From NCBI GenBank assembly GCA_051874735.1, contig JBJEGD010000002.1:32001-96000 (forward strand): a stretch of 64,000 nucleotides of DNA, given 5' to 3'. This document shows positions 9,062 to 19,396 of this stretch, piece after piece (position 1 is the stretch's first letter; every line of letters starts with the position of its first letter). The position numbers and the translations under genes are program-made. Source of the stretch: Candidatus Bruticola sp. (GTDB lineage Bacteria > Vulcanimicrobiota > Xenobia > Xenobiales > Xenobiaceae). A model generated the notes under the pieces. The model saw only the letters and a list, made by a program, of their open reading frames with translations, ran no database searches and had not been told where the DNA came from.

Positions 9062-11761
9062 CTATTTCTGGTTATTTGTTGCTCCGCTACTCGCAGGAGA
9101 GTGATTTGCATTTTTCTTCATACAATCCTGCAGCCAATCCTTAGCCTTCTTACGATCGAGACGATATAAACGGTGCATATCGGAACCTTCAGGATAAGGA
9201 TTACTCCTCAACTGTTCATCTAGGTTTTTGACAATTTTAGCATATAACGAGTTAAAATTCCCAGATGCCTCAACTAATTCTTGATCGCTTAAAGTATAGG
9301 GCTTCGGCAAGTAAACAGCATGGCCTAAATCTGTAGAATTAGCGAAAACAGAGGAAATCCAAACTTCAAAGCGACCATTATTGTCATAGTCAGCTATATC
9401 AAAATTAATATTACCTTCACGGTTTGTACAAATAAAGTCTTGACCGCTGTAGCTGACAATAACAGCATTCAGATAGTCGGGATTGATCAGAGCATTCCAC
9501 ACCATAACTGCCTCTTCTTTGCTTTGACTAGTTATGTTGGCACACTCCAAACTGACCAAGTGACTAAATCCTTTTACCTTCCGGGTGAATAACTGGTTAA
9601 GTATAAATTTATCCCAGCCGTACACAGCGAAACTACCAGACAAGTTACTTAAAACTGCAGTTTTTTCGTCTTTCTCAGTATCATCATCGATACTGACTAC
9701 TTCAGAATTCGGATCATCGCAGCCTGCAACTATTAATTCGCGAATTCCGTCTCCGGTTATATCTACATAGGCACCATCAATTCTGGATTTATATATATAA
9801 ACACCAAAGGAAGAAAGAGTCTGCATAAATTTGCGGACAGACTCATCGGAAGAATGCGGAACGGCACTCCCAGAAGAGAAAGCTCCGTTGACAGCTTCAA
9901 AAACGCTGTAATATTTATCCCAAGCAGGAGAAAGTTCCGATGAGACCGTTTCTAAATCGTTATTGGCTCCTAAAGAAAGGGCTTGACGGCATCTAATATA
10001 GGCTTCCCCTTCTAGCTGATTTTCTTTAAGCTCTTTGGCCCAATTCAACATACGGGCCTGAGCTACTTCTAAAGCATAAGTGCTGCCCTTAGCGACTTCA
10101 AGAGCTTGAGCGGTATAGCTATCGGCAACACTGTAAACATGAGAAGCCCCAGCTTCCTTGGCCAAGCCGAGCAAAGAAGCAGCATACTTCGCCCGAATAT
10201 TGTCATCGGAAGGATAATTGTGGAATTCAATGCGCAAGTCAGAGCTTTCAGCACGGAAGTCACCGCCAATCAGATCGGCCGATTTACCTTGTCCTAAACT
10301 GATTAGATCGATCTTCTTTGAATTTTGCAAATATAGTGCTCCTACTACAGCTGCGCACACAAGCAAAACAATTATAATTAAGCAACTTGACAGAGATACA
10401 ACAGACTTACTGGAACGCAAGCGACGTCTTACATCGGAAGCTTCTTTAGCCAACTCAGGATCGAGCGACTCGGCCTGTTTTAAAGCTGCTTTAATATTCT
10501 TGGAAGCTTGGCTTCCGCTGCCCCAAAGTGAACCGCTTCCCGAGCCTGAATCTACAGACATAGCGGCGCGGTCGATAAACACTCTAGCTAAGTTTTTATT
10601 TAGCTCTTTTTTTATGTTGTCGTCGGCAACTTCAGCAATAGCTTCATAAATACCGTCTTTTTCCAAAGTAGCAGCCTGAGGAGGATCACTCTTAAGCCAT
10701 TCATAAACTGAACCGACTATATCACTGGGCAGGCTCTTGCACTTTCCAGACAGTTGACGCAGATCGGATACAGCTCCTATATAATTATGCTCGCATAAAC
10801 AGCAGGCCGCACACAAAACAGAGGCATCGGCTACAGAAATGCGACTTTCCAACAGTTTACGTCCGACAACTCTGGCCTTGAAGAAATTGCCGTCATGAAA
10901 AAGCTGTATAGCCGTGGAAACAGCGATACGGTTGGCCCTGACCGTAACAGTCTTATCTCCTCCAGAAGTTTTAAAAAGAATTTTGCCTTCGCCCAAATTG
11001 CCTTCTAAAGCGGTCATATCTAAAGTAAGCAAAATTCTTTGGCTGTTGCTGGCAAATTCTTGCGGCTGAGCTATTATCCAATCTACATTAGCCTGCAAGG
11101 TTCCGTAAAGATAGCCGCGGCCGCTGTTAGTTAAGTCTATGGCCGTATCCATTTCGTCATCTGCACACTCTATAACTAAAGAATCAGATGACAAAGTCAG
11201 AACCGGCTTTTCGACAAATCCAGTAGACTCTAGAAATACTTCTAGTCCCACTGAACGTTGACGATTAGCGATTCTGGCCTGTTTAGCTTTTTGGGCTAAT
11301 TCTGTATAGCCATTATGTTCAAGCCAGTACTCAAAATCTCCATTATACAGATAACGAACCGAAGCATTCCAATCTTGATCGGCCTTAAGAATAAGCTCCT
11401 TAGCATCGCTGGCCTGCCACTTATTTCTAACCGAGTTCGAGCTGAATATTTTGCCTACAGTACGACCGGGTAAAGGCACACCACACTTAGAACACAGCGA
11501 AGCTCTATAAGGATTGTCTTCACCACAAGACGAACACTTTATAGTGTCAGGTAATTCTAAAGACACAGAAACTGCCTCAGAATGAGTACAGCGGCACCCA
11601 AAAACTGCGCACCGCTCTATTCCTTCCCAACACTCATCGTGGTAAAGATAACCACACTGGCTGCACAACGTGCACCCTGCAGCATTGTCGCTGCTACCAT
11701 CTTCATTCTGTTTGGCAAAAGGCATGCCGCAAACAGGACAAACTCTCTCAGATAGAGGCAT
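9062..11761 (-). CDS. Single-pass membrane protein: prokaryotic RING-like finger, zinc ribbon, BACON-like domain, TM, extracytoplasmic domain
   Basis: CPVC..C..C...YH..CW....C....C; CSSC..CSKC; LTNSGRGYLYGTLQANVDWI; TM CLIIIVLLVCAAVVGALYL. Confidence 0.75.
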   Translation of the reverse strand: MPLSERVCPVCGMPFAKQNEDGSSDNAAGCTLCSQCGYLYHDECWEGIERCAVFGCRCTHSEAVSVSLELPDTIKCSSCGEDNPYRASLCSKCGVPLPGRTVGKIFSSNSVRNKWQASDAKELILKADQDWNASVRYLYNGDFEYWLEHNGYTELAQKAKQARIANRQRSVGLEVFLESTGFVEKPVLTLSSDSLVIECADDEMDTAIDLTNSGRGYLYGTLQANVDWIIAQPQEFASNSQRILLTLDMTALEGNLGEGKILFKTSGGDKTVTVRANRIAVSTAIQLFHDGNFFKARVVGRKLLESRISVADASVLCAACCLCEHNYIGAVSDLRQLSGKCKSLPSDIVGSVYEWLKSDPPQAATLEKDGIYEAIAEVADDNIKKELNKNLARVFIDRAAMSVDSGSGSGSLWGSGSQASKNIKAALKQAESLDPELAKEASDVRRRLRSSKSVVSLSSCLIIIVLLVCAAVVGALYLQNSKKIDLISLGQGKSADLIGGDFRAESSDLRIEFHNYPSDDNIRAKYAASLLGLAKEAGASHVYSVADSYTAQALEVAKGSTYALEVAQARMLNWAKELKENQLEGEAYIRCRQALSLGANNDLETVSSELSPAWDKYYSVFEAVNGAFSSGSAVPHSSDESVRKFMQTLSSFGVYIYKSRIDGAYVDITGDGIRELIVAGCDDPNSEVVSIDDDTEKDEKTAVLSNLSGSFAVYGWDKFILNQLFTRKVKGFSHLVSLECANITSQSKEEAVMVWNALINPDYLNAVIVSYSGQDFICTNREGNINFDIADYDNNGRFEVWISSVFANSTDLGHAVYLPKPYTLSDQELVEASGNFNSLYAKIVKNLDEQLRSNPYPEGSDMHRLYRLDRKKAKDWLQDCMKKNANHSPASSGATNNQK

Positions 11762-12030
11762 AAAAAACCTTTCGTTATCTGCAATAAAGGTCAAAAAACC
11801 AAAAAAATGCGCTTTGGGTGCCTATTCTTAAAAACGGCGTTATTACCTGCCGGCCTCTGCAGTATCACTCTTATTTGGGGAAAATACCTATTTTTTTTAG
11901 GAAAAAGTGCTTAAACGTATCCTTAATTATTGCAGTTGAAAATGGATTTCTCAGGAAGGTAATAAAATTTTTAGCGCAAAAACACATAAGCGAATTGAGG
12001 GGGAGGATGGCAAAATTTGGAGTTATAGAC

Positions 12031-13482
12031 ATGGTCACCAATAAGAAAAAGGATATAACTAAAGCCAATAAAAGACGCGGCGATAAAACCAATGTTAGAC
12101 TAGCGGCACCTTTAGAAGCAGTCTTAAGTCCCATTAACCGATTTATAAATGCCGAAACTTCAGGAGGAATCGTTCTACTTCTGGCAACTATTGCTGCTCT
12201 CATATGGGCAAATACTATGCCAGAGAGCTATACCGGTTTTTGGAGTACCCGTGCTAGCGTGGGCATAGGCGTTTTCAGTTTGGAACACACTCTGCTGGAA
12301 TGGGTTAACGACGGCTTGATGGCCATCTTTTTCCTACAAGTAGGCTTGGAAATTAAACGAGAAATGCAGGTGGGCGATCTTTCCAGTTTTGGACAGGCGA
12401 TTTTGCCAGTAATTGCCGCAGCCGGCGGCATGATTGTCCCCGCGATTTTATTCAGTCTCTGCGCTATGGGCACTCCTTATACAAACGGATGGGGTATACC
12501 AGTAGCTACCGATATTGCTTTTGCCATTGGAATTATCTCTCTATTGGGCAAACGCGTACCAACGAGCCTGAAAGTCTTTTTGGTCGCTTTAGCCATTGCA
12601 GATGACTTAGGCGCAGTTTTAGTCATTGCTTTCTTCTACAGCAGCCATCTGAACGTAACAGCCTTAATGTCCGCCTTGGCGGTGTTCGCTGTCTTAATCT
12701 TGATCAATAAGCTGGGCATACGTTCTCTTATAGCTTACTCTTTAGGAGGATTAGTGCTCTGGCTGTGCGTGCTTCATTCAGGAATTCATGCTTCTCTGGC
12801 TGGAGTTATGCTGGCTATAACTATTCCCACTTGGACGGCTATAGATAAAAATAGACTTTCTAAAACCTTATCGGTAGTCAAAGACGCCTTAGACAGACGC
12901 TCCAACAATGAAGATGGTGCTATAGGCGACGCTAAAGTGCTCAACGCTATCGAAAACCTGCACGAAAGCGCTACTAGAGCCCTGCCTCCTCTAGTTATCA
13001 TGGAACATTCAATTACTACTTTTGTAGCCATGATAATTATGCCTCTCTTCGCTCTGGCCAATAGCGGCGTTATAGTTACCAGACTTGAACCTGGCTTCCT
13101 GAGTGATACCGTTACCCATGGCATTGCTTTAGGTTTGATACTTGGCAAGCCCATAGGTATAACCTTAGGTACTTTCCTGACTATAAAATGCGGATTAGCT
13201 AAATTACCTAGAGGAGCTAACTGGTTACAGCTGTTGGGCGCGGGCATGCTCGGCGGTATTGGCTTTACCATGTCTATTTTCGTTTCCAACTTAGCTTTAG
13301 GTAATGGGCCCCATCTTGATACAGCCAAAATGGCCATCCTTTGCTCCTCTACTACAGCAGGTTTGCTGGGCTTTATCTGGCTTTATTTGCATCCTCAGCA
13401 GACGACAGCGGCTGCAGAAAGCGAGTCTCAAACTCCTAAAACAGAATCTAAACCTGCTTCCAAAGCTCCAGCTAAGGCTTAG
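12031..13482 (+). CDS. nhaA: Na+/H+ antiporter NhaA
   Basis: WVNDGLMAIFF..GLEIKRE, GWGIPVATDIAF, AIADD, GIGFTMS; GGAG RBS before ATG 12031. Confidence 0.96.
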   Translation: MVTNKKKDITKANKRRGDKTNVRLAAPLEAVLSPINRFINAETSGGIVLLLATIAALIWANTMPESYTGFWSTRASVGIGVFSLEHTLLEWVNDGLMAIFFLQVGLEIKREMQVGDLSSFGQAILPVIAAAGGMIVPAILFSLCAMGTPYTNGWGIPVATDIAFAIGIISLLGKRVPTSLKVFLVALAIADDLGAVLVIAFFYSSHLNVTALMSALAVFAVLILINKLGIRSLIAYSLGGLVLWLCVLHSGIHASLAGVMLAITIPTWTAIDKNRLSKTLSVVKDALDRRSNNEDGAIGDAKVLNAIENLHESATRALPPLVIMEHSITTFVAMIIMPLFALANSGVIVTRLEPGFLSDTVTHGIALGLILGKPIGITLGTFLTIKCGLAKLPRGANWLQLLGAGMLGGIGFTMSIFVSNLALGNGPHLDTAKMAILCSSTTAGLLGFIWLYLHPQQTTAAAESESQTPKTESKPASKAPAKA

Positions 13483-13521
13483 TCCTATGTGAAATTAGTC
13501 TAAAAGCCTACACTTTATAGT

Positions 13522-13566
13522 AAATCCGCTTATTTGAACTCCAATTCAAATAAGCGGATTTTTTTA
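13522..13566. terminator. Terminator between nhaA and smc
   Basis: 17-bp perfect inverted repeat aaatccgcttatttgaa/ttcaaataagcggattt plus T-run. Confidence 0.85.
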
Positions 13567-13751
13567 ATATCAGTCGCTGACACTTTTACCACTATACTAG
13601 AAGCTTACCCAAATTTTTAATTCATCGAGCGCCTCAACGCTTTCCAAAAGTTAGGCACCTCACACAACTTGACGCACTCAGCTTCCTGTAGCCCTAAAGT
13701 TTTTCTTACTATTGCTGAACGGTCTATACGGGCTCCTAAAAACAACATCAA

Positions 13752-16700
13752 TTAGTTAACTAAGGCTGCGGCAGATGGCGAATTTTCCATTTCCACACTG
13801 AGCAAACGACTAATACCAGGTTTATCCATAGTTACTCCGTAAAGACGTTTGGCGAATTCCATAGTTTTGCGATTGTGAGTAACTATTAAAAATTGTGAGG
13901 AAGCAGCAAAATCGAGCAGCTTGCCGGCGATTTTTTCTACATTAGCATCATCTAGAGGGGCATCAAGCTCATCAAAAATAACCACAGGGCTGGGCTTATG
14001 AGTAAGCAGAGCAAATAGGAAAGAAATAGCCGCCAGTGCTCTTTCTCCAGAGGAAAAGAGAGTCAAGTTCTGCAGTTTTTTTCCCGGAGGGCAGGCGCAG
14101 ATATCAACTCCCGATTCTAACCAGTCATCAGGACTGCATAATTCAAGCTTAGCGAAACCACCACCGAAGATATTTTGAAAAATTGAGGCAAAAGTATTAT
14201 TAACTTGGTTGAACACTTGTTTAAAACGCACAATTAGAGCTTGATCCATCTCCTCTACTATGCGCTGGAAGCCATCTGCGGCCCGTTCGACGTCGCTTAT
14301 CTGAGAAGTTAAGTCATCAAGTCTGGCTTTAAAACGCTCATATTCCTGCCGAGCTCCTAAGTTAACGCTGCCAAAATTCTCTAAGTAAGTGCGCAATTTA
14401 GCGGCTCGACTATTTACTTCGGCAGTATTCACCGATGTAAACTCCTCACTTTGAGTATCAAAACCGGCTCCGGCGTACTCCTGCCAGCGCCTTTGCTCAG
14501 TTGTAAGGCGAGCTTGCCATGTATCCTTATTAACTTGAGCGCAGCTGAGAGCTTCGCCTAGTTCACGCGCTAAGCGCACCGCTTTAATCTGTTCCTGGCG
14601 CATCTGCAGCAGCTTTTCATTTTCAGTTTCTAATATATGCACCGCCTCTTGTAACTCTTGGGATATGTTCTGCAAGCTCTCCTGCTTCTCAGAAATAACC
14701 CGGATCAAGTCGGCCCCTTCACTTTCAGTTCTTTCCTGAGTTACAACTAATCGACGCTGTTCTGCTTCGGCTCGCTGAGCATCTTCATCTAGTTCACGCA
14801 AGCGCTTTTTATGAGCAGCCACTTCACGTTCCCCGGAAGCCAGACTCTGTTCAGCAGCTTCAATCCTCATTTGTTCCTCAGCCAATCGCACTTTTAAAGC
14901 GGCACGCTGGGCTGTCAACTGCGCTTCCTGTTCTAAAGAGAGAGAAATACGTTCATTAAGTATAATCCATTCCTGCGCCAACTTTTCCAATTCATTCTGG
15001 CCGCTCTCCATTTTTTGACGACTGTCATCTAAATTATTATTTATAAGTTCAATTTCGCTTTGTAAACGAGTCCTTAATTTGCGCAAGCGCAGTTCATCTA
15101 ATTCAACTCGCTTATTCTCCGCTTCTAAATCGGCTAAAGCTTGCTTAGCTAAACGTTCCTCTTCCGAAGTTATAGCCACTTCTGACTCAGCACTGTGAAG
15201 AGTGCGCTCTAATTCTTCTTCCCGGACGCTAAGCTCACTAAGAGAATGCTCCAAAGATTTTAGATTATTTTGGGCCTCTTCACAGGCACGTATGCGCACA
15301 AACATGCCAGTTTTTTCACTGCGACTAATACCACCAGTAACGGCGCCTACAGCAGATAAAAATTCCCCCTGCAAAGTTACCAAATGGGGGCGTCGGCCTT
15401 TAAATCGATCGTAAAGGGCCAACGCTGAGGCTAAATCTTTGACTACTAAAGTTTGTCCCAAAATCTGACTTAATACTGGACGCAATTCTGCAGCGAAGTC
15501 TATAAGCTCTAAAGCATAACCTACTACCCCTTGGCGGGTGGGCAAAGGTATAAATTCCCCCTCGCGCCGCGGCAAATCCAGAGGCCAAAAGGTTGCGCGA
15601 CCTACTCGCTCTTGTTTTAAACGATCGATTAAAGTAGAAGCTGTCCGGCGATCCCGCACAACGATATCGTTGACGCGCCCCCCCATAGCGACTTCGAGAG
15701 CGGTCTCCATGCCTTCATGTACTTTTATCAATTCACCAATAAGGCCAACAGTACCCGATTCACGCCATTTTATAACCGCTTTCACAGGCGCAGGGACACC
15801 TACGCGTTCTTCTAAAACCGCTTCTAATTCTATAACTTTTGTATGCAGAGGACGGCGTCTCCGTTCTAATTCCGCCCGCTGAGAGCGCAGGGCACTCAAA
15901 GCAGCACGCTGTTCCTGCAAATAAACAACGGCCTGTTTTTGGGCATCAGACGCACTGCAGCAGCGTTTTTGCAATTCCTGGCGTTTTATCGTAAGCTGCC
16001 GAAGTTCCTCAGGCGCCTCTTGCACCGCAGCCAATTCCTCTTGAACAGTCTGCAAACGCAGCTGTTCACGCCTGCTGTCTTCTTTGAGAACTTCAGCCTG
16101 AATGCGCAATTCTTTCTGTCTTTGCTCATTAGCGGCTAAAGACTCTCGGTAATTTTTTCCTTGACTGACCGCTTCGAAAGGCAATTCATCTAAATTCTGT
16201 CGCACTTGAGCCCAATTTTTCTGAGCTGTTTCCAAGTTGAGACGCAATTCCGGAAGTTTTGCTTCCAATTCAGCTAAATTTTTAGCTCCGTCAGCGCAGC
16301 GAGCCCTTAAATTACAGGCATGTTCAGAGGCGACCTGTGAATCGGCTGAAAGCTGAGTTAAACGGCGGTTGAGGCCGTCTTGAGAAGCTTTAGCAAAAGA
16401 AAGCTCAGCTTTTAAATCGGCATTTTGCTGATGCAGCTGATCTCGACGAGCCCGACGCTCGTTTTGTATCTTCTGCAATTCTTCAGTTTGCCTCAACAGA
16501 AGGCTTTGCTCCGCATCGGCTTTCTGAGAACTTTCCTGCAATTCGGCCACCTTATGTTCAGCTTCCTTAAAAAGATGCTCAGATCGGAGGTATTGGCTCC
16601 AAGCTAAACGAGCTTCACAAAGGCGCAAGTCGTCCTGGGCTTTGCGGTAACGTTCATAACGAGCCAAAGCTCGGCTGCTTTCCAAAGTGCTGTTCTCAAC

Positions 16701-17291
16701 CTCACCGCGCAGATCACGAAGACGCACTAAATTTTGCTGTGCCTGCTCCAATTTTCGCATAGCCTCACGACGACGAAATCGGTAACGATTAGTACCGGCC
16801 GTCTCTTCTAGCATCATGCGCCTATCTTTAGGATCGGAAGATAAGACCATGTCTACTTCGCGCGCCCCCAAGATATAAAATGAACCGGGGCCGACTCCTG
16901 ATCCCATAAGCAGCTCTTGAATGTCTTTTAGACGACAGGCAACCTGATTAATAAAGTACTGCGACTCTCCCTGGCGGTTGACTCGCCTAGTCAAAGAGAC
17001 TTCAGCAAAATCTACGGGCAAACTGCGATCCTGATTATCGAAAGTTACAGTAACTTCACAGCTCTGAGCGGGCCGACGCTCTGGAGAACCAGCAAATATA
17101 AGTTCTTCCTGTTTAGCTGCACGCAAAGTTTTGGCGCTCTGCTCTCCTAAAACGTAGCGCAAAGCATCAGTTAAATTGGATTTGCCGCTACCATTGGGCC
17201 CAACTATAGCCATTAAACCCGGTACAAATTCAAGTTCAGTCTTATCGGCAAAGGTCTTAAACCCGCACAGTTCCAGTCGTTTGAGAAACAA
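13752..17291 (-). CDS. smc: Chromosome segregation protein SMC
   Basis: GFKTF, Walker A GPNGSGKSN, coiled coils, hinge GRATFWPL, Walker B/D-loop FDELDAPLD. Confidence 0.96.
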   Translation of the reverse strand: MFLKRLELCGFKTFADKTELEFVPGLMAIVGPNGSGKSNLTDALRYVLGEQSAKTLRAAKQEELIFAGSPERRPAQSCEVTVTFDNQDRSLPVDFAEVSLTRRVNRQGESQYFINQVACRLKDIQELLMGSGVGPGSFYILGAREVDMVLSSDPKDRRMMLEETAGTNRYRFRRREAMRKLEQAQQNLVRLRDLRGEVENSTLESSRALARYERYRKAQDDLRLCEARLAWSQYLRSEHLFKEAEHKVAELQESSQKADAEQSLLLRQTEELQKIQNERRARRDQLHQQNADLKAELSFAKASQDGLNRRLTQLSADSQVASEHACNLRARCADGAKNLAELEAKLPELRLNLETAQKNWAQVRQNLDELPFEAVSQGKNYRESLAANEQRQKELRIQAEVLKEDSRREQLRLQTVQEELAAVQEAPEELRQLTIKRQELQKRCCSASDAQKQAVVYLQEQRAALSALRSQRAELERRRRPLHTKVIELEAVLEERVGVPAPVKAVIKWRESGTVGLIGELIKVHEGMETALEVAMGGRVNDIVVRDRRTASTLIDRLKQERVGRATFWPLDLPRREGEFIPLPTRQGVVGYALELIDFAAELRPVLSQILGQTLVVKDLASALALYDRFKGRRPHLVTLQGEFLSAVGAVTGGISRSEKTGMFVRIRACEEAQNNLKSLEHSLSELSVREEELERTLHSAESEVAITSEEERLAKQALADLEAENKRVELDELRLRKLRTRLQSEIELINNNLDDSRQKMESGQNELEKLAQEWIILNERISLSLEQEAQLTAQRAALKVRLAEEQMRIEAAEQSLASGEREVAAHKKRLRELDEDAQRAEAEQRRLVVTQERTESEGADLIRVISEKQESLQNISQELQEAVHILETENEKLLQMRQEQIKAVRLARELGEALSCAQVNKDTWQARLTTEQRRWQEYAGAGFDTQSEEFTSVNTAEVNSRAAKLRTYLENFGSVNLGARQEYERFKARLDDLTSQISDVERAADGFQRIVEEMDQALIVRFKQVFNQVNNTFASIFQNIFGGGFAKLELCSPDDWLESGVDICACPPGKKLQNLTLFSSGERALAAISFLFALLTHKPSPVVIFDELDAPLDDANVEKIAGKLLDFAASSQFLIVTHNRKTMEFAKRLYGVTMDKPGISRLLSVEMENSPSAAALVN

Positions 17292-17525
17292 AGAAAAACT
17301 CCAGACAATAAATCAGTAATTATGCAGATAAAAATATTCCCCAAAGTGAAATTTTGGCCGATAGTTCCAAATAGCCCCCCTATTTTATCGGCCTCTGCAT
17401 CTTTAAGAACAATTTTTGCGGCAGGTTTTACGCTAACAAGGGCGCACATTCCCCCTATGTCGAAGATGATAACAGCTTAAACGCTCCGCTTCAGAACAAG
17501 ATTTTATCATAAAGAAAGAAAAGGA

Positions 17526-18629
17526 ATGGTCAGTATTAATAATACGCAACACACATTTGAAGATTTGCTTCCTGGAGCCAGAAACGCCGTACGCACCTGT
17601 TTAAACCTTCAGAAAAATCAACAAATTATTATTGTTGCTGATGAGCACAGCCGCCGCATCAGCGATGCTATGGAACTGGCGGCCAAGGAAATAGGTGCAA
17701 CCTGCCGCCGTATTTTAGTCGAAGATTTAGGCCCTCGTCCTACTCAGGGATTTCCAGATAGCCTTTTAAATTCTTTGCAAAATGTGGACGCAGCCATTTA
17801 TTGTGTTTTTCCCCAACCTAATGAACTACCTTCACGCATACAATTCACTAGAGCCATTGAAGCCAATCACGTAAAATACGCTCACATGGTGGGCATTACG
17901 GAAGATATTATGTGCCAGGGCATGCGCGCTGACTACAAAAAAGTTGACGATGTAAGTAGACGTCTGCTTAATTTGGCCAAAAAATGCCGCACTGTCCGTG
18001 TCAAGAGCAGAGCCGGCACCGATCTGCTAGGGACTTTCCGTCCTGATTACACTTGGCGTAAAACTAGCGGCATTATTGAAGAGGTATGGTCAAATCTACC
18101 CGGCGGTGAAGTTTTTACCTGTCCAGCTAGTGTTGACGGAATTTTTGTAGTAGATGGTACTGTAGGAGACCATTTTAGTGCCAAATATGGCGTACTGAAT
18201 AAAACCCCTATGACTCTGGAAATTGAGGGCGGCTACCTCAAAAAAGCTTACTGCGCTAATAAAAATTTGGAGCAGGAGTTTATGGAGTATTGCCATCGCC
18301 ACCCATATTCCAACCGCGTAGGTGAATTTGCTATTGGCACGAATTTAGCCGTCTTTGAATTTACTGGCAATCTGCTTCAAGATGAGAAAATGCCGGGCGT
18401 CCATATAGCCTTCGGTGATCCCTACGGCAGCCAAACAGGCGCAGATTGGTCCTGCATGACCCACGTAGATGTAATTACTCGTTCCTGCGATATATGGATC
18501 GATAACGAACAAGTAATGCAACATGGTATTTTTATCTCCGAATCTCTGGGCATAGACTACGCCTATCTTTACAACGATCAATCTCTGCTGGAAGTTTACA
18601 GCTCTAATCCAGATTGGAAAGAGAAGTAG
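17526..18629 (+). CDS. M29-family aminopeptidase
   Basis: NLPGGEVFT, GEFAIGTN, DEKMPGVHIAFG and HVD motifs. Confidence 0.9.
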   Translation: MVSINNTQHTFEDLLPGARNAVRTCLNLQKNQQIIIVADEHSRRISDAMELAAKEIGATCRRILVEDLGPRPTQGFPDSLLNSLQNVDAAIYCVFPQPNELPSRIQFTRAIEANHVKYAHMVGITEDIMCQGMRADYKKVDDVSRRLLNLAKKCRTVRVKSRAGTDLLGTFRPDYTWRKTSGIIEEVWSNLPGGEVFTCPASVDGIFVVDGTVGDHFSAKYGVLNKTPMTLEIEGGYLKKAYCANKNLEQEFMEYCHRHPYSNRVGEFAIGTNLAVFEFTGNLLQDEKMPGVHIAFGDPYGSQTGADWSCMTHVDVITRSCDIWIDNEQVMQHGIFISESLGIDYAYLYNDQSLLEVYSSNPDWKEK

Positions 18630-18697
18630 ACTCTCAACCGTCATAATATATGCTCATATCTGTATCGGCAGCAAAATAGTTGAGAGTCATGCATATT

Positions 18698-18742
18698 CAG
18701 CGCCGCACTCCGTAAAAAGCAACGGACTGCGGCGCTGTTTTT
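18698..18742 (+). terminator. Intrinsic terminator
   Basis: cagcgccgca.tccgt / acgga.tgcggcgctg followed by TTTTT. Confidence 0.8.
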
Positions 18743-18796
18743 GCGATTACTAATCTGCGTGCGGCAGGATCTTTAATTTTTTAAAAAAATTAATCC

Positions 18797-19396
18797 GTGT
18801 ATATGATCACCAGATATTCTCATACGCTTCCCTGGTCGGTTTCTAAGCTGGGGCAGCCCAGCGACTTGCCCGACGTCATGAAAGAGGATCTGCTGTTAAT
18901 AGTACCCGTCGATCCCGACAAAATTTTCGCCACTTGGAATATCTCTTATCAAACTCAGAACAAAATAGCAGCTAATCTTGGAGAGACGACCTTTGCCTCT
19001 AGCCGCTTAATCATACGTCTAGAGGAAGACGCCCCAAACTGCGCCAGTATTATTTACGATGTTAGCGGTCCGCACCGTTCCCGCTACCTTCCTGTAAAAC
19101 TAAACCACACGGAATATACCAGCAGTATACGCTTATATGCTCAGCTAGGTTATCTGTCAGACGACAATCAGTTCTATTCTATTACCGGCAGCAGTGCCAT
19201 ATTGCTTCCTGTAGGCAACTCTTTTGGTGCCCAAACAGATCTGCTGCCAATGTACAGTGAAGCTTGCCATCAACAGAGTCAGCACAATTCGTCGGTGCCC
19301 TACCACATCAGTATAAATTTAAAAAAGATGGCTGAAATACTAGATATTCAAATGGGGCGCACTCCTATGCCTGAAGGAATTCATCCACAGCTATGA
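18797..19396 (+). CDS. DUF4912-like protein
   Basis: LLIVPVDPDKIFATWNIS motif; 4-bp overlap with a GH57 gene, a common pairing. Confidence 0.75.
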   Translation: MYMITRYSHTLPWSVSKLGQPSDLPDVMKEDLLLIVPVDPDKIFATWNISYQTQNKIAANLGETTFASSRLIIRLEEDAPNCASIIYDVSGPHRSRYLPVKLNHTEYTSSIRLYAQLGYLSDDNQFYSITGSSAILLPVGNSFGAQTDLLPMYSEACHQQSQHNSSVPYHISINLKKMAEILDIQMGRTPMPEGIHPQL

